Shown here piece after piece: positions 37,080 to 64,000 of a DNA stretch of 64,000 bases. Origin of the DNA: Cyanophora paradoxa CCMP329 (lineage: Eukaryota > Plantae > Glaucophyta); NCBI GenBank assembly GCA_004431415.1, contig QPMI01000526.1:1-64000 (forward strand), given 5' to 3'. A program made the position numbers and the translations under genes. How positions within the stretch are numbered: the stretch's first letter is position 1; every line of letters begins with the position of its first letter. Below the pieces are notes generated by a model. The model was given only the letters and a program-made list of their open reading frames with translations, was not told the DNA's origin and ran no database searches.

Positions 37080-39442
37080 CTAAAAAGCCTGGTTTGTGGG
37101 CACGGCCGACTGCAGCTGGAAGCGCCCGCCGAAGCTTAGCATTCGGCTGAATCGGGAGTTGGATCGCTTGAGGTCTGGCCGCTGCTGCGCCGCCGGCGCC
37201 GCCGCCGGCCCCGGCGCCGGCGCCTGCGGCCGGGGCTCTGCCTCTTCCTCGTCGGGGTGGGGGTACGGCCCCACGGGCCCGTACTCATCCTCCCCCTCGT
37301 CCCCCGCGTCGCTCGCGCGCCGCGACCCGGGCCTGGTACCCCCTCCGGACCCGCGGCGGCCACCCCCGCCAGGCAAGGAGAAGAAGTCGTCCGACCCGCC
37401 CGCCGGATTCGAAGCCGAGGGGTACGCATGGGGCGCCCCGTACCCACCCTCCGGCGCCGCCTGCGCCGGCTCGGGCTTAGGGGGGGGGGGGGGGGGGGGG
37501 GGGCGGGGGAAAGGGTCGGGGCGGCGCGCCTGTACCCCCAGTCGGAAGGCCGCGATCTCGTTCAGGGCCGCGGCCGCCACCTGGACCGCGTGCGCGGCCT
37601 GCGGGATTCGAAGGTCAATATCAACGAGGCAACAGTATAACGGAGTCTAGTTCAGTCGGCCGGAGTTCGATCTGTGCATGCGCCGCCTCTATGGGTTATA
37701 GCTTATATAATTAGCCCGTTTTACTGGTGCACGCGGGGATGGGCGGCCTTGAGCGGCGGCCGGCCGGGAGCGGGCGGGGCGGGCGGGCGGGCGGGCGGGC
37801 GGGCGGGCGGGGCGGGGCGGGGCGGGCGGGCGGGCGGGCCTGCGCGGCGATGTCCATCAGGTCGCCGTGCCGCGGGGAGCGGTTCGAGCGGAGGCCCCGC
37901 GCCGTGCTGGCCCGCGATATCGCCTCCTCCCGAGCCGAGCGCGCCGTCTGCTGCTGCTGCTGACGGTCCCGAGCGGTGCGGCGGCTCGTCGCCGGGGCCG
38001 CCGGGGCTGGCGCCTCCGAGCCCGGCTGCTGCTGATCCATACGGCTACGTACGTACCCGGCATTTAGATGGGGGGGGGGGGGAGGGGGCGGGCCGGGGCG
38101 GGGCGCGCACTGGAGGCGGAGCGGGGGCAGGTCCCTTATGGAAGCGGCCCGTGAACGGCTGGGGCCCGCCGGCAGCGCCGGGTCCGACCCGGGCGCGGGC
38201 GCGGGCGCGGGCGCAGGAGCCGCCTGCGCCTTGCCGGCATCGTCGTTCTCCCCCTCCTCCACATCCCTGGCCGCACGCGATCGTCAATCTTGGCCGTCCG
38301 GGCGGGGCTGGGCCCGGCCCGGCCCAGCCGCACCTGTGCGCGCTGCTGTCCGTCGTCGCACCCTGCGGCGGCGGCGGCGGCGGCGGGTGGGCGGCGGCGG
38401 CGGTGGGCGGGGCGAGGGAAAGAAAACGGGGCCAAGGGAAAGCCTTGAAGGGCGAAGATTCGATCCGATCTATTTCTAATCTGATCTCATCTGAACTGAC
38501 CTCGTCGTTGTCCTCGGGAGGGGGGGAGACCTGCAGCGCCAGCGGCGCGATCGGGGGCAGCTGCTGCCGCCGCCCGTTCGCAGCCGCCGGACCGCCGGCG
38601 CTGCGACGGGTTCGAGACGAGTCAGCGCTAGCGCCGGGCGACCGGCTCGGGGGGCTGGGCGGGCGGCGGCGCGAGCGAACGAAGGGGCGTCGACGTACCC
38701 GGGCGGCTGCGGCGGCGGCGGCGGGAGGTCGAAGCGGGCGCTCTTCTTCCCCCCCCGGTCGCTGCGGGCCGTCCGCGCCGATCGGCTACCCCTCAGGGTC
38801 CCCCCGCCGCTCTGGCCACGGCCCTGGCCCTCGGCGTCGGAGGAGTGCTCCCCGTCGCTGCGGCTGCTCCGCCGTTCGCTGGCACTGCAAAGCGAAGCGG
38901 GCGCGTCGGCTGCATGCGCGCGGCGCCCCTCTGTTAGGGCGGGGCCTCGCTCGCACCTTCGCTCGGGGGCTTCGGTCCGCTCCGTGAGGGTACCCAGCCC
39001 GCTCGGGCCCAGGACTCCTAGGAGGTCTCCCACCCCGAGCGAGCCCCGCGGAGGCCTGGGGGGTAGTCCCAGTCCAGGTCCCAGTCCCAGAGCCGGGCCC
39101 AGGCCCGTTGGCGGCGGGGGGAGGGGCGGCAGGCCGGGGCCTGCAGGGGCCGGGGCTGGGGTTGGGCCCTCGGGGGCGGGAGCCACGGTGCTGGAGCCGG
39201 GGCCGAACGAGGGCGGCCTGACGGCGAGGACGGGTCCGACTTGGGAGCGTGGCGGGCTCCGCACGCCGGACGGCCCCGAGATCGAGTGGGATCGACGAGG
39301 CGGGCGCCTTATCCCGTCCACGCTCTTCGGCGGGGGGTACTCGGATCGTTGGGCCGGCGCCTGCGGGGCGCTCGAGTCAAGGGGAGTGGGTGGACGGGGG
39401 CGCGCGCGCGGGGTCCGTGCGCCGCACCTTCTGCTCCGGCCC

Positions 39443-39476
<34 letters not shown>

Positions 39477-42400
39477 ATAGAGCCAGCAAAGGTGGAGTTC
39501 CGGAAGACAGGGGGGCGCGGCCCGGGCCCGTGGCCGGGGCCCATGGAGGGGTACGATGGGCGGCGGGGCAGCTGCGGCGACGAGGCGCGCCGGAGCGGGT
39601 GGTCGCGGTCGCGGTCGTACCCCTCCAGGACGACCGAGGCGGGCGCCGACGCGGCCGGCGTCGCCCGCTTCTCGAAAAAGCCCGTGGACGGCATCCTGGA
39701 GGGGTACGTACGCTCGGCTTTTTTGGGCGTGAGGGGGGAGGGAAGAAGGGGAACCGGACCGGTTCGCCTGATCGATGAGGGACCCGGTCGTCTGCTCGAC
39801 GATCTCCTGGCGGACGGACGCGCGGGGCTCGATGTGAGTGAGAGATTAGAAGGCGGCGGAAATCTAACTGGAGCGCCGAGGCGAGTACTACCGAACTCAT
39901 ATGAGCCGAGCAGGCTCATAGGAGCCGAGAAGGCTCATGTGAGCCTCCTCCCGGGAGGGCGCGCGGACCTGGTAGACGTACTTGGGGAAGTCGTCCGGAT
40001 CGTCCCCGAAGGGGTTGACGAGGACCTGCCGGGGGGGGGGGGGGGGGGGGGGGCAATCAGCGGGGGGGAGGTTTTTTTTTGGGGGGGGGAATACTCGGGG
40101 ACTGGCGGGCCCCGTGAGACTAGCGACTGGATGGCGTGGGCTAGGCGTTGTGTAAAGAGGGGTATAGGGGTACAGGGGCACAGGGTAGCTGAGGGAACTA
40201 GCGCAGGCCTCGTGGGTCTATATAGAGTACTAGCGCGGGTCTCGTCGTACTAGAGTGGGGGTTGGGAGGAGGGGTACGCGGCGGCGGTTTAGCGAGGGGA
40301 TGTGGTGGGTAAGGCGTTGTGTATAGGGGGAATAGAGTACAACGGGGGATAGGGGTACAGGCCTGGTGTAGCGGGGTATAAGGTACTAGCGCGGGCCTCG
40401 TGGGTGTAGGGGGGCAAGGGAGGCGGCAGGGGGTACGCGGGCTTCGTCGTGAATCTAGGAGGAGGGGGTGGGCGATGGAAACGGCGGCGGGGGGGGGGGG
40501 GGGGGGTGAGGGGGTACGCGAGCGTGCGCGCGCAGATGGTGCGGTCTAGGGGCGGAGGAGGGGGGAGAGGGGGGGGGCGATTGGAGGGGGGTACGCGAGC
40601 GGGCGGGCCTCGTAGATGGTGAGGAGGCCCTCGTAGATGACGCGGTTGACGAAGAGGAAGACGTAGGCGACGGCCATCATCGACGAGCTCTGCTTGTTAA
40701 ACGCCGCCCCTGCGTGTCGGATCCGGGGGCGAGGTCAGATGTATGTCAGGTGAGCGGGCGATCGCGACTCGCGCCTCTTCCTCTTCTTCTTCTGAAGCTT
40801 GCTCGAAGAGGCGGGACTTCTAAAGCGCTCCCCTGAAGCTTTAAGCGGTCTAAGGCTTCAGCTTGCTCTGCAGCTGTCTCGAAGAGCGCTAAATCTTTCC
40901 CTCTTCTTAAGCGGTCTTATGCGTAATCAGCTTCACTCGGGCGCACCGATGAGGCCCGCCGCGTAGACCATGAAGAACAGCAGGTGGAGCTTCGTCGCGA
41001 ACGTCAGGAGGTGCACGTACGCGTACGGGATCTGAGGAAGAAGCTTGGAAACTCAAGCAGAAGAAGAAGAAGAAGCTTAAGCTTAAACTCAAGAAGATAC
41101 ATGCACGTGCATATGATCAAGGAAGCTTAAGCTCAAGCTCAAGAAGTTACATGCATATGATCATATGCTAAGCTTAAGCAGAAGGTGCACGTACGCATAC
41201 GGGATACGTAGGGGGGGGGGGGGGGGGGGGGAGGCGAGGGGGAGGCGAGGGGAGGCGGGGGTGGAGGCGGGGGGTACCTGGCAGTTCAGGAACATCATGA
41301 TCTCGCCGGTCGCGTCGCGCATCAGGTTGATCTGCTCCTGGAACTGGGGGAAGACTCCGTCCGGGAACAGCATGTGCCCCGAGACTGCGCGGCCGGCCGC
41401 GGGCGCCCGGGGTCAGATAAGATCAGATCAGATCAGATCGGATCGGATCGGATCGGATCGGATGGAGGGGCGGGGCCAGGCGCAAAGTCTTAGTTCTAAA
41501 TCTCTAATGGACCGTTTGAAGTCTTATGATTAGATCTAGCCTAGTAGACCTCTAATGGACCGTCCCGCTAAGGAAGGGGGGGCGGGGCCTGGCGCAAACG
41601 CACCCGCGCATTCCTTGAGTAGCTCGGAGAGCCAGGCGTGGACGATCTGGTACTTGCTCGGCAGGCTCCGGATCATCGCCGCCTCCGCCTTGGTCAGCAC
41701 TGCGAACGAAGCCGAAGACGTCGGAACCGGAGTCGGGCGGGGCCGGGCCGGGCGGGGCGAAGCTAGCTAAATATAGCGCTTTATAGCGGAGATTACCACT
41801 ACTAAGTTAGATCTAAGCGCCCGGATCTAATCTAGTTGTGGACGCGCGGGGGTCGGGTCGGGCCGGGTCGGGTCGGTGTCTTCGAGCTATAGCTAATCTT
41901 CCTAGAAGCTAGGGGCGGGGAAGCTAGCTATAGCTATGGCGCTTCCAAGGCGGAGATTAGATCTAGACGTAGACCATGCCCCCTAGGCCTAGGGCGGACG
42001 CGCCGGGTCGGGTCTGGGTCGGGGCGGGGCGCACGCTTGCGTGCGACGAGCGAGTCGATGTCCTCCTGGCCCGAGGCCTGCGCATAACCGTTGAACGGGG
42101 AGAGAGCGTGGGCGGAGGACGCGTGGGGCGCGGGAGCGCGCGGGCGCAGGAGCGCGCGATATACCAGGAGCTCATACGTTCAACTAGTTAGATAAGACCA
42201 AGTTTCGCAATCAAATAGCTAGTTAAACAAGACCAGGTTTCGCTATTACAACTAGTAAAATAAGACCAGGTTTCGCAATTATAAGAGGCTGCACCTGCAT
42301 GTAGAGGAGGGCGTGGGCGCAGTTGCAGTAGCGGGCGACCTCCCTCCGCGCCCGCCGCGCATCCTCGTCCGTCCCCGTGATGCACGTGCTCGCCTGACGC

Positions 42401-44194
42401 TCATGTAAGGGGGACGACGCTCAGGTGAGAGGCTATGAGCTTACAGTGGCGCTTGGATTTGATAAGAAGCTTATGCAGTGCTCGCTTAGGTGAGGGGGGC
42501 GGGCCGGGACGCAGGCGGGTAGGATAGCTCATGATAAAAGCTTGTAACAGGAGGCGGGAGCGACGCTCAGGTGAGGGGGGCTGCCGGGAGGGCCGGGGCA
42601 CGCGGCGCGGGTGCCGGAGGCGGGCACCATGAGGGCCTGATCAGAATCTTTTTACTAGAAGCTTTAGAATGGGCTCACAGTGGAGCCTGATTAGAAGGGG
42701 TGGGGGTGGGGGTGGGGGGGAGCGACGCGACGCTAAGGCGGGAGAGGGGCCGGGGGGGGCGGGGCGGGGGGGGGTGGGGGGGGTGTGGGGTGTGGAGGGG
42801 CGCAGGCAGGGGCCGGAGGCAGGCGGGATGGCACCATGAGGGCCTGATCAGAATCTTTTTACTAGAAGCTTTAGAATGGGTTCACCGTTAAGCCTGATTA
42901 GAAGGGGTGGGGAGGGGGTGGGGGGGGAGCGACGCGAAGAAGGGGGGGGGGGGTGTGGGGGGTGGGGGGTGGAGGGGCGCAGGCAGGGGCCGGAGGCAGG
43001 CAGGCACCAAGAGGGCTTGATCAGAAACCTTTAACTAGAAGCTTTAGAATGGGCTTACAGTGGAGCCTGATTAGAAGCTTATATGGTGATTATAATTCTA
43101 TTGAAGCCCAATCACAAAGCAGGCACCATGAGGGAGATGTTGTTGCAGGGGCCGATGACGCTCTGGAGGCGCTCCCGGGTGTCCCACCAGCGATCAAATC
43201 TGCGATCAAATCTTTGGAGGGGAGGGGGGTACCGGTGCTGCGGGGGGGGGGGCGCGCGCTCACGTGAGCTGGCAGAACATGCCGAGCAGGAAGGCCACGA
43301 GGGACGTCAGCTCCAGCATCTCCGGGCCGAACACGGGTACGCATTTGTTGTCCCAGGAGAGCGGCGCGTCCTCGGGGCAGCGGAAGTACCCCAGGACGGT
43401 CGCCAGGGCGCAGTAGACGAGCGTGGAGAAGAGGGTTCGGCCGGTGATGGCCGTCCCGTCCGCCCAGACCAGGAACCCGTAGCTCAGCAGCTTGTTCACG
43501 TCGTATTTCACGATGTTCGAGCTGCTCCACGCGATCAGATTTCGGAAGGTCCGCCCCTCCTGCGTGCGCCCCGGGCCCCGGATCAAATCTTCTGCCCCGC
43601 CGGGCCGCGGCCGGCCCCGCTCGCGATCCGATCGGGCGGGGCCACGGGCGGACCTTGACGACATCTTTCCACGTGCTGACGGCCTCCGTTTGCTTCGCAA
43701 CGACCTGCGTGCAGGCCGCGCGCGGCCGGTCAACATGGTGCAGGCGGGAGAGGCTAGCGCTGCGCGCGCGGGGCTGAAACTGCAGACGGGGGGGCGCGCG
43801 CTCGCACCTGCGCTGTTGCCCGCCACTTCGAAGCTCCCTTGCGCGCCGGCTCCGGCGCCGGCGACGGGTCCGACGGGGTCGGCTGCGCCGCCGCGCCAGC
43901 GGCGCCCGTGGCCGCCGGCTCTGCCCCGTCGCTTGGCGCCGCTGGTGGTCCGTTCAGGACAGCCGTATCGCTGAATGTCGTGCGCCCGCGCCCGCGGCCG
44001 CGGCCGGCGCCGGCGCCGCCCAACTTGAACAGGTTGAGCGCGGCGATTGCATGCGCGATGGATGGAGGGCCCGCGCGCCCCGCGGCTGGAGCCGCAGCTG
44101 CAGCTTCCGGGTTCAGTGACGGTCCGGAAGGTATCTCGTACTTCGCAGAGGCAGCTGCGGCCGCGGGGGCTGCCTCCGTCTCCGCAGACGCCAT
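37080..44194 (-). CDS. Bestrophin-family anion channel with long low-complexity N- and C-terminal tails (multi-exon)
   Basis: Spliced exons give LVAFLLGMF, FDRWWDTR, IPYAYVHLLTFAT and VLVNPFGDDPDDF (bestrophin acidic loop), plus hydrophobic TM segments. ATG at 44194; stop at 37080. Confidence 0.9.
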
Positions 44195-44963
44195 TGTGCT
44201 GGCACCAGCGCTCGGGCCGCGGCACTGACGGGATGATCAGCAAGGGGCCATCAGATGCCACGGTGCTGTAATGCCAGGCGTACGTGTGCGCCGATCTACC
44301 CAAGCGGCCACGCGGCCGGCACGGGCGCGGTCGGCGCGGCGCGCCTCGGCCGAGGCAGGCGAGCGGGGCGCGTCCCAACTGACACACGGTGTCTCAAAGC
44401 CGCTTGCTATATGGACGTGCACGCGTCCGTGCGCGCGTGGCTCCTGTCTAGAGTTCTCGAGGCCCACGGCCGCGGGCTCCCGCGCGCGGGCGCCGATCTC
44501 TGCACTGGGACGCTCCTGCTGCTGCTGTGTGCGCTGAGCGACCGCGCGACGGCTGGGTGCGCTGTGCGCCTTGGTGCTACAGAGATCGCATGGCTCCGGC
44601 GTTGACGAAACTTGGGACGAAAACTCGCACCTTTTTTCCCTCTCGGCGGGTACGTGTGCCTTCGTGCTCAGGCGGCTGCCGCTGCGCACACGCAGCTGCA
44701 GCGCGCGCGCGCGCAGACAATCGATCGAGAGGCGCGCGGCCGGGCCTCGGCCTGCACGGCCATATGCATGCGCATGCATGCATATCGCAAAATGAACGTG
44801 CCACGGTGAGCGTTTAACGTTAATTATATAACCCGCGTAGATCTAGAGAGTCTAGATCTGCGATCTGATCATGAGCTCGAGAGCCGGCGCCGGCGCGCGG
44901 CGCAGATAGATATCGATGTCAACGGTTCTGCATAGCTATAGATTTGATTTCAATAGGCCTGGC

Positions 44964-46981
44964 CTAGGCCTGAGCGTAGGGCCGCTCCCAGGCCCGCTTG
45001 AACGCCTTGGCCCCGGGGGGCCACGCGGCCGCCAGCCTCCGCCCCGCCGCCAGCGCGCTCTTCCTCAGGTCCTCCGCCACCGGCAGCTCCAGTACCCGGG
45101 CCACCACCCTGTACCCGGTTTGTTCGAGGGGGGAGGGGGAGGCGTCCGGGGGGTACGCACGCGGAGGTACACTCGGCGAGGGCGGCGAGGCTCGTGGCGA
45201 GGCCGCGGGGGCCCGACTCGCCGCCCTCCAGAGCCCCCGCCAGAACTCCGAAGAGCGCTGCCACCGCCGAGGTAGAATTAATTTCTTAAGCAGGGGTAGG
45301 GGAGAAGGGCGGCCCGGAGGGGTACGTATACCCGACACGTCGTCGGCCATGCGGGGTACGAGGCGGCGGAGGCGGTCCGGTAAACCCGGGTGGTCCAGCC
45401 CGTCTGCCCCCATTGCGTCTGGATCAGGATCTCGAGAGAGAATTCAAATTGCAAGAAATTGAAGCCTACCCGGGTGCTCGCTGGTGAGGACCTTGCGCAC
45501 CAGAGCTACGCAGTAGATCGCGACGTACGCTGAGGAATTAAAATTAGAATCACAAATCGCGCGCAGCGGATCGAATTCAATCCAGTTCGAAAAAGAGAGA
45601 TCTAGGACGCGCCTCGGTCGGCGCGTGAGGCGGCCACGGCCGCGGCGCCCTTCGGGCCGCCCCCCGCCGGGGGCTCAAGCGCCGCCGCGCCTGCGTTCCA
45701 GATCAAATTGGATCGAATTCAAATTCTCAAAGAATTGATCTCGGATTCGAACCGGCCTCGCTCTCGAGGGCCGCGGGCCGGGTGGAGACGGCGGCCCGGA
45801 GGATCTCGAGCAGGAGCTCGAGGCGGCGCCCGTCGAAGAGGGCGAAGGCCTCCTCGGGGTACGTCGGGGCCAGCGCGCACACGTTCACGAGGTCGCCCTG
45901 GCCGGGATCAAATCGCAGATCAAATTTCGATTTTAGCGGCGCCGGCGGCGCACGATCATGGCTGCGGTGACGGGGAAGAGCGGTGAGCGCGGGCGCCACG
46001 CGGCCTCGAGCGCTCCCAGCAGCGATTCCGTCGTCCGAACGCGGTCCCCGAGGACGAGCTCGCGCCAGAACTCGCCGCTGACGATGGGGCCCCCGATCAG
46101 GATCGCGTGGAGGACCTGAGCTCGCTCAGTTTGGTGTTGAGCTCGCGCACGCTCAGGATTCGGGAGACGAAAGCTTCATCTAACCTGGCCGGCCTCTGCA
46201 GCGATGAGGTCCGCATCGAAGAGGCGCGCGCTTTTGAGGCCGGAGCCGTGGCCAACGATTCTGGACGCGGCTTCCGAGCCCGTGCGCATAAGGGGGTGCT
46301 CCCTGTGCACCAGGCGCAGGCACTCCTCAAAACCGCCGGCCCTCGCGAACTGCGAATCAAGTTAGAAATGCGTACGTGAACTGCGAGAACGCGCTTTCCA
46401 GCTCTATTAAATTGAAATAAAGCTTTAAAGGAGATGGAAAAGCAGCCCGGGCGGCCGCGCGCGTTTGAGGGTCTTACCTCCATGAGCTCGCGCGAGCCGG
46501 GTTTCATCGTCGTGTAGATGTGCTTAAGAACGTTCTCGACAGCGACAACCAGCTCCATGTATGCGGGCGCCGCGGCGCGCTCGCTAGTATGCGCAGCTCC
46601 GCCGCGGCCGCCGACCGCGGCCGCGAGCTGCAGGACATGCACCAGGTCCCGCGCCGCCAGCTCTTCAACGTTCTGCAACGAGAATGAGATCGGAAAACGT
46701 CTTCCGAACCATGCAGGCTCTCGTAAACGGCGCGGATGCGAGGTCATCGAAATTTGATCGAGGCCACTGTCGAGGAACGACGGCGCCGCGCGCACCTGGC
46801 CCACTTCCGCCCACGCTGGCGGATGCGCCCGAAGGAAGGCGGCGACGGAGTCCTCGGCACGCTCGCCGAACGTGCAGGAGACCGCGAAAGCGGCGCTGAG
46901 GTCGGACTGACCCGCGTCGCTCCACGAGCAGCTGCCGCTCGCCTCCTTCATCGCTGCGCCCGCCTTTGCGGCCGCGCTCAT
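44964..46981 (-). CDS. Hypothetical alpha-helical (possibly HEAT/ARM-like) protein, multi-exon
   Basis: ATG at 46981 (MSAAAKAGAAMKE..). Leucine-rich helical exons are bounded by GT..AG (NVEELAARDLVHVLQLAAA, RLDEAFVSRIL, LELLLEILRAA). The final exon reads VVARVLELPVAEDLRKS..YAQA*. Confidence 0.65.
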
Positions 46982-47231
46982 CGCGGGTCTCGCTCGTCTT
47001 GTGCCTGGCTTGTTAGTGCGCTGTACCCGGGAGAAGAGCGCCAGAGCAGCGCCACGCGTTCGATCGCACTTCGCAGCCCGGGTCACGTCCAGCCCTCTTC
47101 AACGACGCCGCGACCTTGTCCAGCCTCCCGTGCACTTCGGATCCGCGGCGCGAGGCTCAGGAGAAGCGCGTCGGACTCCGCCAGCCGCCCGAGCGCCGAG
47201 CGCCAGTGGCTAGCTTGCCGGAGGCGCAGCG

Positions 47232-62919
<15,688 letters not shown>

Positions 62920-63114
62920 TATATGATCGCGAAGAAGTAGGTAGCCTTGGACGGTATTATAATACAAGCCTATCTGATCGTGAAGAAGTATATTGTAATT
63001 AGGCCTGCCGCGAGGGCGCCGCTGGGCCCCGGGCCCTCCGCAACGTGTGCGCATGCGAGCGCCCTGACGACTGATCGTGGGCGCCACTGGCTCCAGTGGC
63101 TTGTATCGCGTTCT

Positions 63115-63550
63115 TGTTTTGGTGAATTGCCGGCCACAGTTTCTAGACAACAGCACTGCGGGGGCTGCCCAGGGGGCACAGGGACAACAGAAGCAAAATA
63201 TAGAACTGAGACAAGAGCACAAAGAACGACAAGACAAAGAGCCAAAATTTAGAGCGACAATAAAAGAAGAAAGACCCATATGCATGCCAAAGACAGATCT
63301 AGATCTAGAAGATCAAGAGCCCCCGCTCATAGCGGTGTGCCACGTTGGTTATCATATATATATATACACGCTTTCCAAGTCACACCGAGTCATGCCTCCC
63401 GAGTTCGAATCGCCCTGCGATGAGAATCTCGCCATCGAATCCCGCCCGTTCCATAATGTCGATCGATCATGCCCTACCGTACCTTGCCTGTACATGCCCC
63501 CACAATGCTGGAGTAGACTAGAGGCTGTGGCCGGTAATTCACCAAAAACA
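63115..63550. mobile_element. Foldback/MITE-like element with imperfect ~50-bp inverted ends
   Basis: TGTTTTGGTGAATTGCCGGCCACAG..CAGCACTGCGGGGG (63115-63164) is an imperfect reverse complement of CCCCCACAATGCTG..CTGTGGCCGGTAATTCACCAAAAACA (63497-63550). No clear TSD. Confidence 0.5.
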
Positions 63551-64000
63551 CAATTCACCAGACTAGATCAAGATCTAGAGACAACAAGCGAACTGGAGAA
63601 AGACTGGGACCGAGCAGATTCATGATTTAGCGCGAGGACTGTTCCGAAAACTAGTACTATCGCTCAGCGGCTAGCATCAACACTACGATCAGAGCCAGAT
63701 ATCGATCGATAATGAACGTTAACTAAACTACTATAGTACAACGCGGAGAACCAAGACGGGATACAACCGCCAAAGCAGAAGACGAAGCAAGAGGCGGCGG
63801 CTCGGCACGAAGGTACAGGGCCGGAGGTCTGACGGTCCCGGTGTGTACCGTGCATGCGCAGCTTCACGCACTCGAGTAATCCGATCGGTCAGGTGCTGCC
63901 GTCCTCCGGATCCATGGGCCAGGCCCCGCGGTCCTGCGCATGCCAGGGCCCAATTGCAACGCCATTTTGTATGGAGCCTTGATAGAAACGGGTGCCGGCA

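Noticed and set aside
37674-40253. Long plus-strand Gly/Arg/Pro-rich ORFs (264-437 aa)
   Set aside because: Antisense to the bestrophin C-terminal exons; long ORFs arise by chance at this GC content.
63660-64000. Possible 3' end of another gene at the window edge
   Set aside because: No recognisable motif or convincing splice pattern, and too little sequence to call.

Overview
Eukaryotic, GC-rich, very intron-dense genomic DNA. It is protist/algal in style: short introns, GTGCGC/GTACCC/GCGCGC donors, CTGAC-like branch points. The supplied ORF track is mostly exon fragments or antisense noise, so genes were rebuilt by manual splicing. Left to right: (1) a >17 kb minus-strand single-pass receptor (signal peptide, repeated PKD-like units, REJ, GPS motif CTHL/TTF, TM) whose cytoplasmic tail is a near-identical ~1.515 kb tandem array of FN3-like domains running off the window start; (2) a repeat/palindrome-rich interval with a frameshifted copy of part of the last gene, bracketed by an inverted 19-nt match; (3) a head-to-head pair of F-box proteins; (4) a cytochrome P450 head-to-head with a small type I membrane protein; (5) a bestrophin; (6) a helical hypothetical protein head-to-head with (7) the stand-out gene at 47232-62919. 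Gene 7 has ~70 exons that splice into one continuous frame: PH - (EP)21 - NYN-like - several RRM-like - DUF2263/TIGR02452 microbial-type PARG - 10 PBZ-like fingers - putative DarT-like ADP-ribosyltransferase - beta-rich domain - 5 more PBZ-like fingers. It is a candidate single-chain ADP-ribose writer/reader/eraser joined to RNA-binding modules. Other oddities are ~19% GC-AG introns in that gene, intronic decoy copies of splice junctions, and regional GTACCC/poly-C enrichment. All domain calls are by eye; no database search was run.
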